Part shown: positions 47,126-55,955 of the stretch, piece after piece | How positions within the stretch are numbered: position 1 is the stretch's first letter | How the letters are laid out: every line of letters begins with the position of its first letter | From: an uncultured bacterium | GTDB lineage: Bacteria; Desulfobacterota; BSN033; UBA1163 | NCBI GenBank assembly: GCA_938045955.1 | Contig: CALIBK010000105.1 | Coordinates: 5,187 to 69,186, forward strand | Direction of reading: 5' to 3' | DNA: 64,000 nt | Position numbers and translations under genes: made by a program | Notes under the pieces: generated by a model | What the model was told of the DNA's origin: nothing | The model's input: only the letters and a program-made list of their open reading frames with translations | Databases searched by the model: none

Positions 47126-47530
47126 TTATGGAATCACACTGATGTTAAAAGTGGCCATACTCCCTTTATTCCCCATTGCGGTAATTTTATAGTTCCCCTT
47201 GGGGGTTTTAACAGGAATTCCAGATTTCACTTCGAATGCTCCCTTATCATTGGCTACGATGACATCTTCTTTTTCGGTCCCTAAGCTATGGTGAACCTCA
47301 CCCACGGTCATGATCACCTCCACTTCTTCGCCAGGGAGAAATTGGTAGCCACTGATAAAAATGACCGCACCGGCTTGGGCGGTGGTGGGCATTACTGAAA
47401 GGGCTGCCTGTCGTTCTTTTGGTTCTTTTTGTTCTTTTGGTGCTTTTGGAACACAGGCGAAAAGATAAAGCAGAATAAAACAAAAGATGATAGCCATTCC
47501 CCTGTAGATCCAATTATATTTTTTTTGCAT
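47126..47530 (-). CDS. small membrane-anchored/exported protein of unknown function (possibly the DUF1850-type accessory protein often found with TAXI-TRAP systems)
   Basis: 134 aa; single N-terminal TM/signal (AIIFCFILLYLFACV), strong RBS GGAGGGAGG; position between TAXI receptor and permease. Confidence 0.35.
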   Translation of the reverse strand: MQKKYNWIYRGMAIIFCFILLYLFACVPKAPKEQKEPKERQAALSVMPTTAQAGAVIFISGYQFLPGEEVEVIMTVGEVHHSLGTEKEDVIVANDKGAFEVKSGIPVKTPKGNYKITAMGNKGSMATFNISVIP

Positions 47531-47574
47531 AATAAGCCTCCCTCCTTTCTATAAAATAGAACCTCAACTCTTAA

Positions 47575-48579
47575 TTATTTTACTTCCGGTGGGATTAACT
47601 CAGGTGGTATATTTTGCCCTATCTCACGATAAAATTTCACAGCCCCGGCATGAAAAGGAACTTTCAGGCCAAATTTAATGGCATTTCCTACCATATCATC
47701 AAATTTTCCTTCTTTAAGTGTAGCGAGAGGAGCCACCATAGCGGCCCGGTTTTCCCATATCGCCTTCACAATTTTATAGACCACATCATCAGGGACATCC
47801 TTACGGACAAAATCACTAATCACGTAGGCATAACTGAGCTGGTCCTGAGTGACCGCTTTAAATAATCCTGCTGGAATCGTCATACTTCGATGTAAACCCG
47901 GCTGGACTTTTTCGGCTTTTTCCATAAGTTCCTTTGTCACAGGGACAATTGTAATTTCCATGGCAGCTTCAATGTCAAGAATTGCCGCATCTTTAAAACC
48001 TGCTTTAAACCAACCATCGACTACACCCGCTTTCATGGCATCTGGACTTGCTCCTAAACCCATCAGTTTGTAGTTAGGTTTGATCCCAATAGCTTGCATA
48101 AAATACTCCATATGCCATCCAGAAGTGGTACCTGGGTTCATGGCAAAGGTTCTACCCTCGAAATCTTCCACTCTTTTAATTCCGCTTTTTTTGCTGGCAA
48201 CTAAATGAATCGGGGTAAAGTAACCTCCCCATAAGGTCCTCAAGTTTTTATCCGGTTTATCTTTCCAATCCAATATGCCTAAATAACTGGCTGCACCAGC
48301 CCCGGTACTTGCGGGACCAGCATGAATTGTTCCTCTTCGGAGTCTCTCGAGGTTTTCCACATATCCACCCGTCTCAACGACGGTCACGATGATATCCCCG
48401 GGATAAGCCTTATTAATAATCCCGGCCATAGCGACTGTGTTAGCATAAAGTCCTGATCGGACACTGGTGGAACCGAATTTAAAACGGAAAGGGGCTGCGT
48501 TTACGTCCGAAAAATGGAATACAATAACTATGAAAATTGATAAGCTTAATATACAAAAAATAAAATTTTTCTTTACCAT
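47575..48579 (-). CDS. TAXI-family TRAP transporter solute-binding protein
   Basis: 334 aa with signal peptide; TAXI-type fold hallmarks (GSTSVRSGLYANTVAMAGIINKAYP...VVETGGYVENLERLRRG); RBS GAAAGGAGG. Confidence 0.8.
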   Translation of the reverse strand: MVKKNFIFCILSLSIFIVIVFHFSDVNAAPFRFKFGSTSVRSGLYANTVAMAGIINKAYPGDIIVTVVETGGYVENLERLRRGTIHAGPASTGAGAASYLGILDWKDKPDKNLRTLWGGYFTPIHLVASKKSGIKRVEDFEGRTFAMNPGTTSGWHMEYFMQAIGIKPNYKLMGLGASPDAMKAGVVDGWFKAGFKDAAILDIEAAMEITIVPVTKELMEKAEKVQPGLHRSMTIPAGLFKAVTQDQLSYAYVISDFVRKDVPDDVVYKIVKAIWENRAAMVAPLATLKEGKFDDMVGNAIKFGLKVPFHAGAVKFYREIGQNIPPELIPPEVK

Positions 48580-48710
48580 TTTACTTTCCTCCTTTCTAAT
48601 ACAGAATTTAATTTTTTATAATTAAAATTTTTTAGGCAAATTCACCTCCTTTATTATTTTTGTTTTGGGTAATGAAAACTCATTTACTTATTCGATATTA
48701 AATTTAATAA

Positions 48711-48727
48711 TTTGTCAAGAAAAAATT
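48711..48727 (-). promoter_or_regulatory. second copy of TTTGTCAAGAAAAAA motif upstream of TAXI-TRAP operon (putative shared promoter -35/UP element or operator)
   Basis: Exact 15-mer shared with 40548-40562; both lie in AT-rich regions immediately upstream (minus-strand sense) of transporter operons. Confidence 0.3.
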
Positions 48728-48757
48728 CTTGAATTTCTGTAACTCATCATTAAGAGA

Positions 48758-51034
48758 TTACCTCTCTCTCTTTTCAAGGGCTTCGAGAACCTTATCCGGG
48801 GTCACGGGAAGGGTCTTAAACCTCACTCCTATTGCATCGTAGATGGCGTTCACGATAGCTGGAGCTGGAGAAAGCTGAGTTCCTTCTCCCGATTCCTTTG
48901 CTCCAAAAGGGCCTTCAGGATCATTTGTCTCCACCTCAATGGATTCAATTGAGGGAATCTCCATGGCCGTGGGGATTCCATAATCGAGGAAATTCGGATT
49001 GAGGACCTGGCCTTTCTCCATGATTATATTCTCATAAAGAGCCTGACCCATTCCTCCAACGACAGAGCCTTCTAACTGTCCTTCCACAAGCATTGGATTG
49101 ATCGCCTTTCCACAGTCGTGGGCAGTCACCATCTTTAAAACTCTAACTCTTCCCGTTTTTGGATCCACCTCTACCTCTGCGGCTTGGGTCATAAAGGAAT
49201 AAGCGGGGGAGAAGTTTCCATCCTCGTGAAGAAGGGTGGTTGGTTCCTTAGCCGGTGGAAAGTAGGATCCCCTTCCAATGATGGGCATGGGGCGATCGGA
49301 GTATTGATAGATCTTAATAGCCTCCTCAAATGAGAAACCACGATCAGGGTTCTCCCTCAAAAAGATTCTTCGATTCTTCATCTCAAGCTCGCCTGGACTT
49401 ACTTCCATCTTCTCTGCAATCGCTTCGAGAAGTTTCTCCTTTGCTGCCCGGGCTGCCATTCGGGCGGCATTTCCGGCCCTCAATGTAACACCGCTCCCAA
49501 AGGTTCCTGGATCGAGAGGAGTAATCTCTGTATCGGCCGCGGTAATTCGAATATCCTCAATTCGGACCCCTAACTCCTCAGCTACAATCTGGGAGATCAC
49601 CGTCTCTGCTCCCTGGCCAATATCCGCTGCCCCTGTTAGTAAAGTAACGGAACCATCTCTCTCGATCTTGACAATAGCGCCAGAGGAGATATGACTCATA
49701 TTGCTCACACCGCTTGGAAAACTGGCTCCAGCCAGACCCACTCCCCGTCCGAAAGGAAGTTTTCCTCTCTTTTCCCTCCACCCGATGGCCTCTGCGGCCT
49801 TCTTTAAGGTCTCACTGAACCCACAACTCTGAACCAGGAGTTTTGCTGGGTGAGGTTCTCCAGCCTGAAAGGCATTCTTTAGCCTGAGCTCAAGAGGATC
49901 GATCCCTATCTTTTCGGCGATGATATCGAGCTGAGTTTCTACCGCAAATCGAACCTGTGGAATTCCATGTCCCCTCATAGCTCCTCCGACAGGTTTATTC
50001 GTATAGACATGATACCCCTCAAAGAGAAGATTTTCGATACGATATGGAAGCATGATGAAGAAACAGGCCAGCGTGATCATCAGGGGGGCTGTGCTGTTAT
50101 AGGCTCCTCCGTCGGCAATGACTCTAAATTGCTGCGCAAGGATGGTCCCATCTTTTTTCACTCCCGTCTTTAAGTAGATATACATAGGATGACGTTGACG
50201 GGTACAGGTGAAGACTTCCTCTCGGTCATAGACAAACTTCACAGGCCTTCCGGTTCTCATGGCAAAGAAGGCTGCACAGAAGTCTTTGGCATAAAGATCA
50301 ATCTTCTGACCAAACCCCCCTCCCACTTTGGGTTTGATAATTCTCACTTTACTTTCCGGGAGATCGAGGGTGGTTGCCAGGTTCCTCCTGAGAAAGAAGG
50401 GAATCTGGGTAGAAGACCAGAGGGTGACTTTTCCAAAATGGTCCACCATGGCCAGAGCAGCCTGAGGCTCCATCGGGCAGTGATTCACAGGCTGAGTTTC
50501 AAAATGGTCCTCAAAAATAAAGTCAGAGTCTTTAAAGGCTTTCGCCACATTTCCAAATTCCTTTCGAATGGTGGCGCTCACATTATCAGGAACCTCTTCG
50601 TGAATGATGGGGGCCCCTGGTTTCATTGCCTCCAGAGGATCAAAGACCGCCGGGAGTTCTTCATATTCGACTTTTATCCTGGAGATGGCTTCTTCGGCTG
50701 CTTCAGGAGAGGTGGCTACCACCGCTGCCACTTCGTCCCCAATATAGCGAACCTTTTCAATCGCAAGGGCATACTCATCCTTTGCCTTCGGGACGATTCC
50801 ATATTTTCGTTTAGGGATGTCTCTGCCACTGATCGCATCTTTCACACCCGGAACTTTTAAGGCTTCTGTAAGGTCGACTTTAAGGATTTTGGCATGGGGC
50901 AGGGGGCTTCGAAGAATCTTTCCAAAGAGCATTCCCGGTAATGAAAGATCATCGGTATATTTTGCTTTTCCGGTTGCCTTTTCCCATGCATCAAGCATGG
51001 GTTCTCGTTTTCCAACCACATTAAACTCGCTCAT
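48758..51034 (-). CDS. xanthine dehydrogenase-family molybdopterin-binding large subunit (aldehyde oxidoreductase / 4-hydroxybenzoyl-CoA reductase alpha-like)
   Basis: Start chosen at MSEFNVVGKREPMLDA (ATG 51034, AGGAG RBS), the canonical family N-terminus. Family motifs GGGFGQK, AHDCGKAINP, and a C-terminal glutamate region. Confidence 0.8.
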   Translation of the reverse strand: MSEFNVVGKREPMLDAWEKATGKAKYTDDLSLPGMLFGKILRSPLPHAKILKVDLTEALKVPGVKDAISGRDIPKRKYGIVPKAKDEYALAIEKVRYIGDEVAAVVATSPEAAEEAISRIKVEYEELPAVFDPLEAMKPGAPIIHEEVPDNVSATIRKEFGNVAKAFKDSDFIFEDHFETQPVNHCPMEPQAALAMVDHFGKVTLWSSTQIPFFLRRNLATTLDLPESKVRIIKPKVGGGFGQKIDLYAKDFCAAFFAMRTGRPVKFVYDREEVFTCTRQRHPMYIYLKTGVKKDGTILAQQFRVIADGGAYNSTAPLMITLACFFIMLPYRIENLLFEGYHVYTNKPVGGAMRGHGIPQVRFAVETQLDIIAEKIGIDPLELRLKNAFQAGEPHPAKLLVQSCGFSETLKKAAEAIGWREKRGKLPFGRGVGLAGASFPSGVSNMSHISSGAIVKIERDGSVTLLTGAADIGQGAETVISQIVAEELGVRIEDIRITAADTEITPLDPGTFGSGVTLRAGNAARMAARAAKEKLLEAIAEKMEVSPGELEMKNRRIFLRENPDRGFSFEEAIKIYQYSDRPMPIIGRGSYFPPAKEPTTLLHEDGNFSPAYSFMTQAAEVEVDPKTGRVRVLKMVTAHDCGKAINPMLVEGQLEGSVVGGMGQALYENIIMEKGQVLNPNFLDYGIPTAMEIPSIESIEVETNDPEGPFGAKESGEGTQLSPAPAIVNAIYDAIGVRFKTLPVTPDKVLEALEKRER

Positions 51035-51115
51035 CTTAGATACTCCTGTATGGGTGATAAAGATTGTCATGAAGGACAGTGAATGATAAGAATTCACTCT
51101 TATTCACAATAGCCC

Positions 51116-51592
51116 CTATTCACCTCTCGATTCTCTCCCGCTTGCTGATAAAATGGCTTCGACAATCTTCACATAACCGGTGCATCGACAAAGGTTTCCA
51201 GAAATCGCCCTCTTTACCTCTTCCTCTGAGGGATGAGGATTTTCTTCTAAGAAGGCCTTTGCCGTAAGAATCATCCCTGGGGTACAGAAGCCACATTGGA
51301 TTGCTCCTTTTTCAATAAAAGCGTTTTGGAGAGGGTGAAGCTTACCATTCTGTGCCAGACCCTCAATGGTGGTGATCTTTTTCTTTTCCACAGCCACGGC
51401 CAGGGTAAGACAAGAAAGCCATGGCCTTCCATCCACAAGAACGGTACAGGCCCCGCAGGTCCCAAGATCGCATCCTCTTTTTGTTCCTGTCAGGCCAAGA
51501 TCCTCTCTTAAGACTTCGAGAAGGGTTTTATGACCTTCAACCAGGATTTCCAAATCCTCTCCATTTACGTTGAGTTTAAGAATACGTTTCAT
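51116..51592 (-). CDS. [2Fe-2S]-binding small subunit of XDH-family enzyme (CoxS/HcrC-like)
   Basis: ATG 51592 (MKRILKLNVNGE) with AGGAG RBS; plant-type ferredoxin motif CDLGTCGACTV and second cluster motif CGFCTPG...CRCTGY. Confidence 0.85.
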   Translation of the reverse strand: MKRILKLNVNGEDLEILVEGHKTLLEVLREDLGLTGTKRGCDLGTCGACTVLVDGRPWLSCLTLAVAVEKKKITTIEGLAQNGKLHPLQNAFIEKGAIQCGFCTPGMILTAKAFLEENPHPSEEEVKRAISGNLCRCTGYVKIVEAILSASGRESRGE

Positions 51593-51662
51593 AATCACTC
51601 CTGTATTTTCTCTCTTTCCCCATTCCTGTTCACTCTTAGTGTTTAAAATTTCGTTTCGAATT

Positions 51663-52640
51663 TCAATTTATCCACTTGAGTCTATCAAGCCCTTCTCGTA
51701 AAAGTATTCCGGCCATCTTTCTTTTATAGGCCGGGGAGTAGATAGACGTCCTCATAGGAGAAACCGTTTGAGGAACCTCCCGGGATAGAGAATCTATGAT
51801 GGAATCATCGAGGGTTTTTCCGATAAGCATCTTTTCAATTCCAGAAGCTTCTACTGGACCCTCTCCCACTCCGCTGAAGACCACCCTTGCCAGGCTTATC
51901 TTATTATCTTCTTTTTCAATATAAAGAGCTAATGAGACGATCGGGAATTCAATCGATCCTCTCCATCTCCATTTGAGGTAAACTCCTTTCCCGGAGGATT
52001 GAGGCACTATGACTTCTTTAATGATCTCTCCTTTCCTTAAGGAGAGGGGTTTTTTACCATTAAAAGAATAGAGTCTTTTTAGAGGAAAGATCCTTTCCCC
52101 TTGAGGACCTAAAACTTTAACCCGCGCACCCATTGCAATGAGAGCGGGAGCCAGATCTCCGCAATAGGTGGAATGACATTCCCTGGGCTTTTTTATGACA
52201 TGGCAGATCTCTCCTCCCGCCTTGAAGCAAGGGGGTCTTACGCTTCGCCAGAAAGGAGACTGATTATAGAAACGACATCGGTTCCCCTGACATAGGTTTC
52301 CTCCGACCGTTCCCATGACCTGATGGGCATAGGCTCCGACCTCTCTGGCTGCGTGAGAAAGAATCGAAAATTTTTCCTGAATCAAGGGGGAGGTATATAG
52401 ATCGCGAAGAGAGGTGAGTACCCCGATTCTTATCGCTTCTTTCTCTTCAATTATGTAAGAAAGTTTTGGAATGGATTTGAGATGAATAATTCTTGCGGGC
52501 GTTATGACTCCGAATTTCATATTCACCAGAAGATCTGTTCCTCCAGCCAAAAGGTAGGTTCCTGATGGATCAGCGGAAAGATTCTTTACCGCTTCTTTCA
52601 AGGATTTCGGTTCAATATATTCAAATTTTGGAAGTCGCAT
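51663..52640 (-). CDS. FAD-binding subunit of XDH-family enzyme (CoxM/HcrB-like) with Cys-rich insertion
   Basis: 325 aa; FAD-binding domain LLAGGTDLLVNMK; unusual six-Cys insertion GNLCQGNRCRFYNQSPFWRSVRPPCFKAGGEICHVIKKPRECHSTYCG. Confidence 0.8.
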   Translation of the reverse strand: MRLPKFEYIEPKSLKEAVKNLSADPSGTYLLAGGTDLLVNMKFGVITPARIIHLKSIPKLSYIIEEKEAIRIGVLTSLRDLYTSPLIQEKFSILSHAAREVGAYAHQVMGTVGGNLCQGNRCRFYNQSPFWRSVRPPCFKAGGEICHVIKKPRECHSTYCGDLAPALIAMGARVKVLGPQGERIFPLKRLYSFNGKKPLSLRKGEIIKEVIVPQSSGKGVYLKWRWRGSIEFPIVSLALYIEKEDNKISLARVVFSGVGEGPVEASGIEKMLIGKTLDDSIIDSLSREVPQTVSPMRTSIYSPAYKRKMAGILLREGLDRLKWIN

Positions 52641-52664
52641 CTTTTCTCTCCCAGAAGATTTAAA

Positions 52665-53966
52665 TCATTTGATTAAATTTGGCAAAATGAGGGCGAGTTT
52701 CGGGAAGAGGATTAATATTCCCGCATTAATCAACAGGGCTACCAGAAAAGGGAAGATCCCTTTAAAGATCGTCTCCAGAGGTATCTCGGGGGCAATTCCC
52801 TTGATGACATAGACATTGACTCCTACCGGCGGTGTAATCACACCCATCTCACTTACAAGCACAATAATCACACCAAACCAGATCGGATCAAATCCGAGCC
52901 TGAGCACGACAGGGAAAATCACCGGCACGGTGAGAACCACCAGGGCCATCGCATCCATAAAACAGCCCCCGATGAGATAAATCAGGATGATGACCCCCAT
53001 AATGGCAACAGGATGGAGAGGGAGCCCAGCAATCCAGTCCGCCAGAATAAAAGGGATCGTCGAGACTGCCATGAAGTGGCCGAATACCGTAGCCCCGGCA
53101 ATCACACAAAGAACCATGCAGGAGGTTCTCAGCCCATCCAGGGTTGAATCGATGAACCCCCTCAAACGGATCTCCCTCCTCATCAAGCCAATCCCCAAGG
53201 CTCCAGCAGCCCCAATCCCCCCGGCCTGGGTGGGTGTAAACCAACCGAGAAAGAGGCCTCCGATTACCAAACAGAAAAGAACCAGAGCTTCCCCTATCCC
53301 AATAAGAGCCTTCATCTTCTCTCTGAGAGTGGTCGAAGGACCTGCAGGAGCACATTCCGGCTTTCGCCAGCAGAGGATCCCCACCGTAAGAATGAAAAGA
53401 AAGACGAGGATTATCCCTGGAATGATTCCAGCCACGAAGAGCTTCCCGATGGATTGCTCCGTAATAATCCCATAGACCAGAAAGATTGTGCTCGGAGGGA
53501 TGAGAATCCCCAGTGTCCCCGCACTTGCCACACACCCTGTGGCCAGCGTATCATCATATTTATACTTTTTCATCTCCGGGAGGGCCATCTTCCCGATGGT
53601 AGCCGCAGTGGCAGAGGTTGAGCCACAAATCGCTGCAAAGAACCCACAGGCGACCACCGTGGCCATCGTTAATCCCCCACGAAGCCCTCCCAAGATCGTA
53701 TAGGCGGCTTCATAGAGCCTCCTGCCAATCCCTGAGGCAAAGGCAAAAGAACCCATGAGAATAAACATCGGAATTGCACTTAAAGGAAAGCTGAAAAACT
53801 GCTCGAAGAAATCTCGGGCAAGAAGTCTAAGCCCTGCCTTCAAGGTAGAAAGATACGAGAAACCCAGGAACCCCACAAAGGCCATTGCAAAGGCCACAGG
53901 CATTCGAATGAGAAAGAGCAAAACAAGCAAAAGGATTCCAAAGATACCCACATTAACGGGATCCAT
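52665..53966 (-). CDS. dctM: TRAP transporter large permease (DctM)
   Basis: ATG at 53966 (MDPVNVGIFGILLLVLLFL) matches the DctM N-terminus; the track begins at an upstream TTG. 12-TM profile. Confidence 0.85.
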   Translation of the reverse strand: MDPVNVGIFGILLLVLLFLIRMPVAFAMAFVGFLGFSYLSTLKAGLRLLARDFFEQFFSFPLSAIPMFILMGSFAFASGIGRRLYEAAYTILGGLRGGLTMATVVACGFFAAICGSTSATAATIGKMALPEMKKYKYDDTLATGCVASAGTLGILIPPSTIFLVYGIITEQSIGKLFVAGIIPGIILVFLFILTVGILCWRKPECAPAGPSTTLREKMKALIGIGEALVLFCLVIGGLFLGWFTPTQAGGIGAAGALGIGLMRREIRLRGFIDSTLDGLRTSCMVLCVIAGATVFGHFMAVSTIPFILADWIAGLPLHPVAIMGVIILIYLIGGCFMDAMALVVLTVPVIFPVVLRLGFDPIWFGVIIVLVSEMGVITPPVGVNVYVIKGIAPEIPLETIFKGIFPFLVALLINAGILILFPKLALILPNLIK

Positions 53967-54441
53967 CTCCAAAGACCTCAAAAAGGGATTCGATCGTCTC
54001 TATAAAGAAGACCAGACAGACAGGAAGGCAACAGAAGGCTATGAAGTAGGCAAATGGATAGTAGGGAAGGTGAGAGGTTGAACCGATCTCCCCAGCCTCT
54101 TGAAGAGACCTCCCGTAGAGAAGACTCTGCCAGAGAAGAAATACAAAAAGGATCAATGAAAGGAAAGAGCTGAAGCCACTGATCCCGGCCCGAATTCGCC
54201 TTGGAAAACGATCGAGAATAAATTCGACCCGAATATGTCGACCCATAAGAAGGGCCATGGCGATGGTCGAAGCAATCGCCATAATTTGAGAAAAACCGAT
54301 GAGCTCCGTCGCCCCGGGGACGGGCCAAAGAAAAAGTTTCGCCCCAATCACATCGATCAGATTCACCAGGAACATTAAAAGGAGCCCGATCAATCCCACC
54401 CATTCGAGGGATTGACTGAACCTCCTGGTCCACCCTTCCAT
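53953..54441 (-). CDS. dctQ: TRAP transporter small permease (DctQ)
   Basis: 162 aa, 4 TM helices, positioned between dctP and dctM; overlaps dctM start. Confidence 0.7.
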   Translation of the reverse strand: MEGWTRRFSQSLEWVGLIGLLLMFLVNLIDVIGAKLFLWPVPGATELIGFSQIMAIASTIAMALLMGRHIRVEFILDRFPRRIRAGISGFSSFLSLILFVFLLWQSLLYGRSLQEAGEIGSTSHLPYYPFAYFIAFCCLPVCLVFFIETIESLFEVFGDGSR

Positions 54442-54526
54442 GAATGAAACCTCTTGATAGAGGATTCTTGTAGCCTTTCCCTTTCTCCTTTCTTGCTACA
54501 AGGAGAAAGGGAAAGAATCGCGATGA

Positions 54527-55594
54527 TTATTTGATGCGAACTTCGGAAGGACCGGTTGAGGATTTCACTCCCAACTCTTTCTGCTTCTTCGTCCAATACT
54601 CGATCCGCATTCGAGCATAATTGATCAACTCCCGGGTCTCTTTCTCCGAATATCCCGCTGCCACCATCGATTTCACATACTTGTCCAATACAGGCTCCAC
54701 CGCCTTTTTCCACTTGGTAATCTCCTCACTCGGAAGCTCAATGAATTGCAGACCCTTTTCCTTTCCATACTGCTTTCCATCAATGTCCACCTCATTCCAC
54801 ATCGTCGCCAGCTTCTCCTCAAAAGGATATTCACTCAATATCTTTTTCAGCTCCGGTGAAAGTTTGTTCCAGGCCTCCTTATTCATAATCAAATAAAAGG
54901 TATAGACCTGACCGATCGGCCAACACTCCGTTACATATTTAGCCACCTCTGCATACCGAAAAGCCCTCATCGTCTCCATCGGAATCATTAATCCATCGAT
55001 CACCTTCTTCTGCATCGCTTCATAGGCTTCAGGGGTAGGAATGGGTCGAGGGGTTGCCCCCAGGGCTGTGACCACTTCTGCTATAAAACCCAGGCCCCTT
55101 AACGTCATCCCTTTTAGATCCTCCATCTTGTAGACTGGCTTTGTGGCTGAAAGGACGACATTGACAGGACTTGTATGCATCGAAAGTATATGAACCTTAT
55201 CCCATTCCTTCGGCTTAAATTCTCTGATAAAATCATTGGCCACATGATTAGCCACCCAGGCATTCGGAAACCCCAGAGGGAGATCCAGGGTTTCGGTCAT
55301 CCGGAAGCGCCCAAAGGTATAACCAATGTTGGAGAAGCCAATGTCCGCAATCCCTTCAACCACCCCATCATACATTTTCGGGGCCGTCAACAGGGTCCCT
55401 GCCGGAAAATAACGAATCTTTAATTCTCCTTTGGAGCGGGCCTCCAGATCCTTGATGAATTCCTCACAGATCTTGGACTGCCGAGCAGGAATCGGAAAAT
55501 AATTGCAGAATTTTAACTCCACGGCTCCCCAAACAAAGGAAGGCAAAACCATCACGAAAAGAATGAATCCAACGAGCAGTCTCTCCTTTTTCAT
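54527..55594 (-). CDS. dctP: TRAP transporter solute-binding protein (DctP family)
   Basis: Start set at MKKERLLVGFILFVMVLPSFVWGA (ATG 55594, AAGGAGGTG RBS); DctP-family fold. Confidence 0.8.
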   Translation of the reverse strand: MKKERLLVGFILFVMVLPSFVWGAVELKFCNYFPIPARQSKICEEFIKDLEARSKGELKIRYFPAGTLLTAPKMYDGVVEGIADIGFSNIGYTFGRFRMTETLDLPLGFPNAWVANHVANDFIREFKPKEWDKVHILSMHTSPVNVVLSATKPVYKMEDLKGMTLRGLGFIAEVVTALGATPRPIPTPEAYEAMQKKVIDGLMIPMETMRAFRYAEVAKYVTECWPIGQVYTFYLIMNKEAWNKLSPELKKILSEYPFEEKLATMWNEVDIDGKQYGKEKGLQFIELPSEEITKWKKAVEPVLDKYVKSMVAAGYSEKETRELINYARMRIEYWTKKQKELGVKSSTGPSEVRIK

Positions 55595-55955
55595 ATGAAA
55601 TCCACCTCCTTTTTGAATTTTATCCATCCTAAAAATTTTTAATTCGTAATCTTATTCCTCCTCACCTCCTTTCCGGATAAAGGCCTGTTCAATAACCCAC
55701 AAATCATTGTGAGACAGGATTTCGCAGGGACATCAATTTTTTATTTATCGCAGTCTGTCATTCCGTGCTGGACACGGATTCCAGGGCTTCCCATGAAAAC
55801 GGGAATCCAATTCCTAATATTTCCCTGACTTCGCACCTCGTACTTGATACGGGGCTGAATTCCTGCTCCCTGCTTAAGACCTGCAGTGACAATTTTCACA
55901 GGAATGACGCCTTAAACCCCCTCTGTTATTGGAAACCTCAGAGAAGGTTTCCTCC

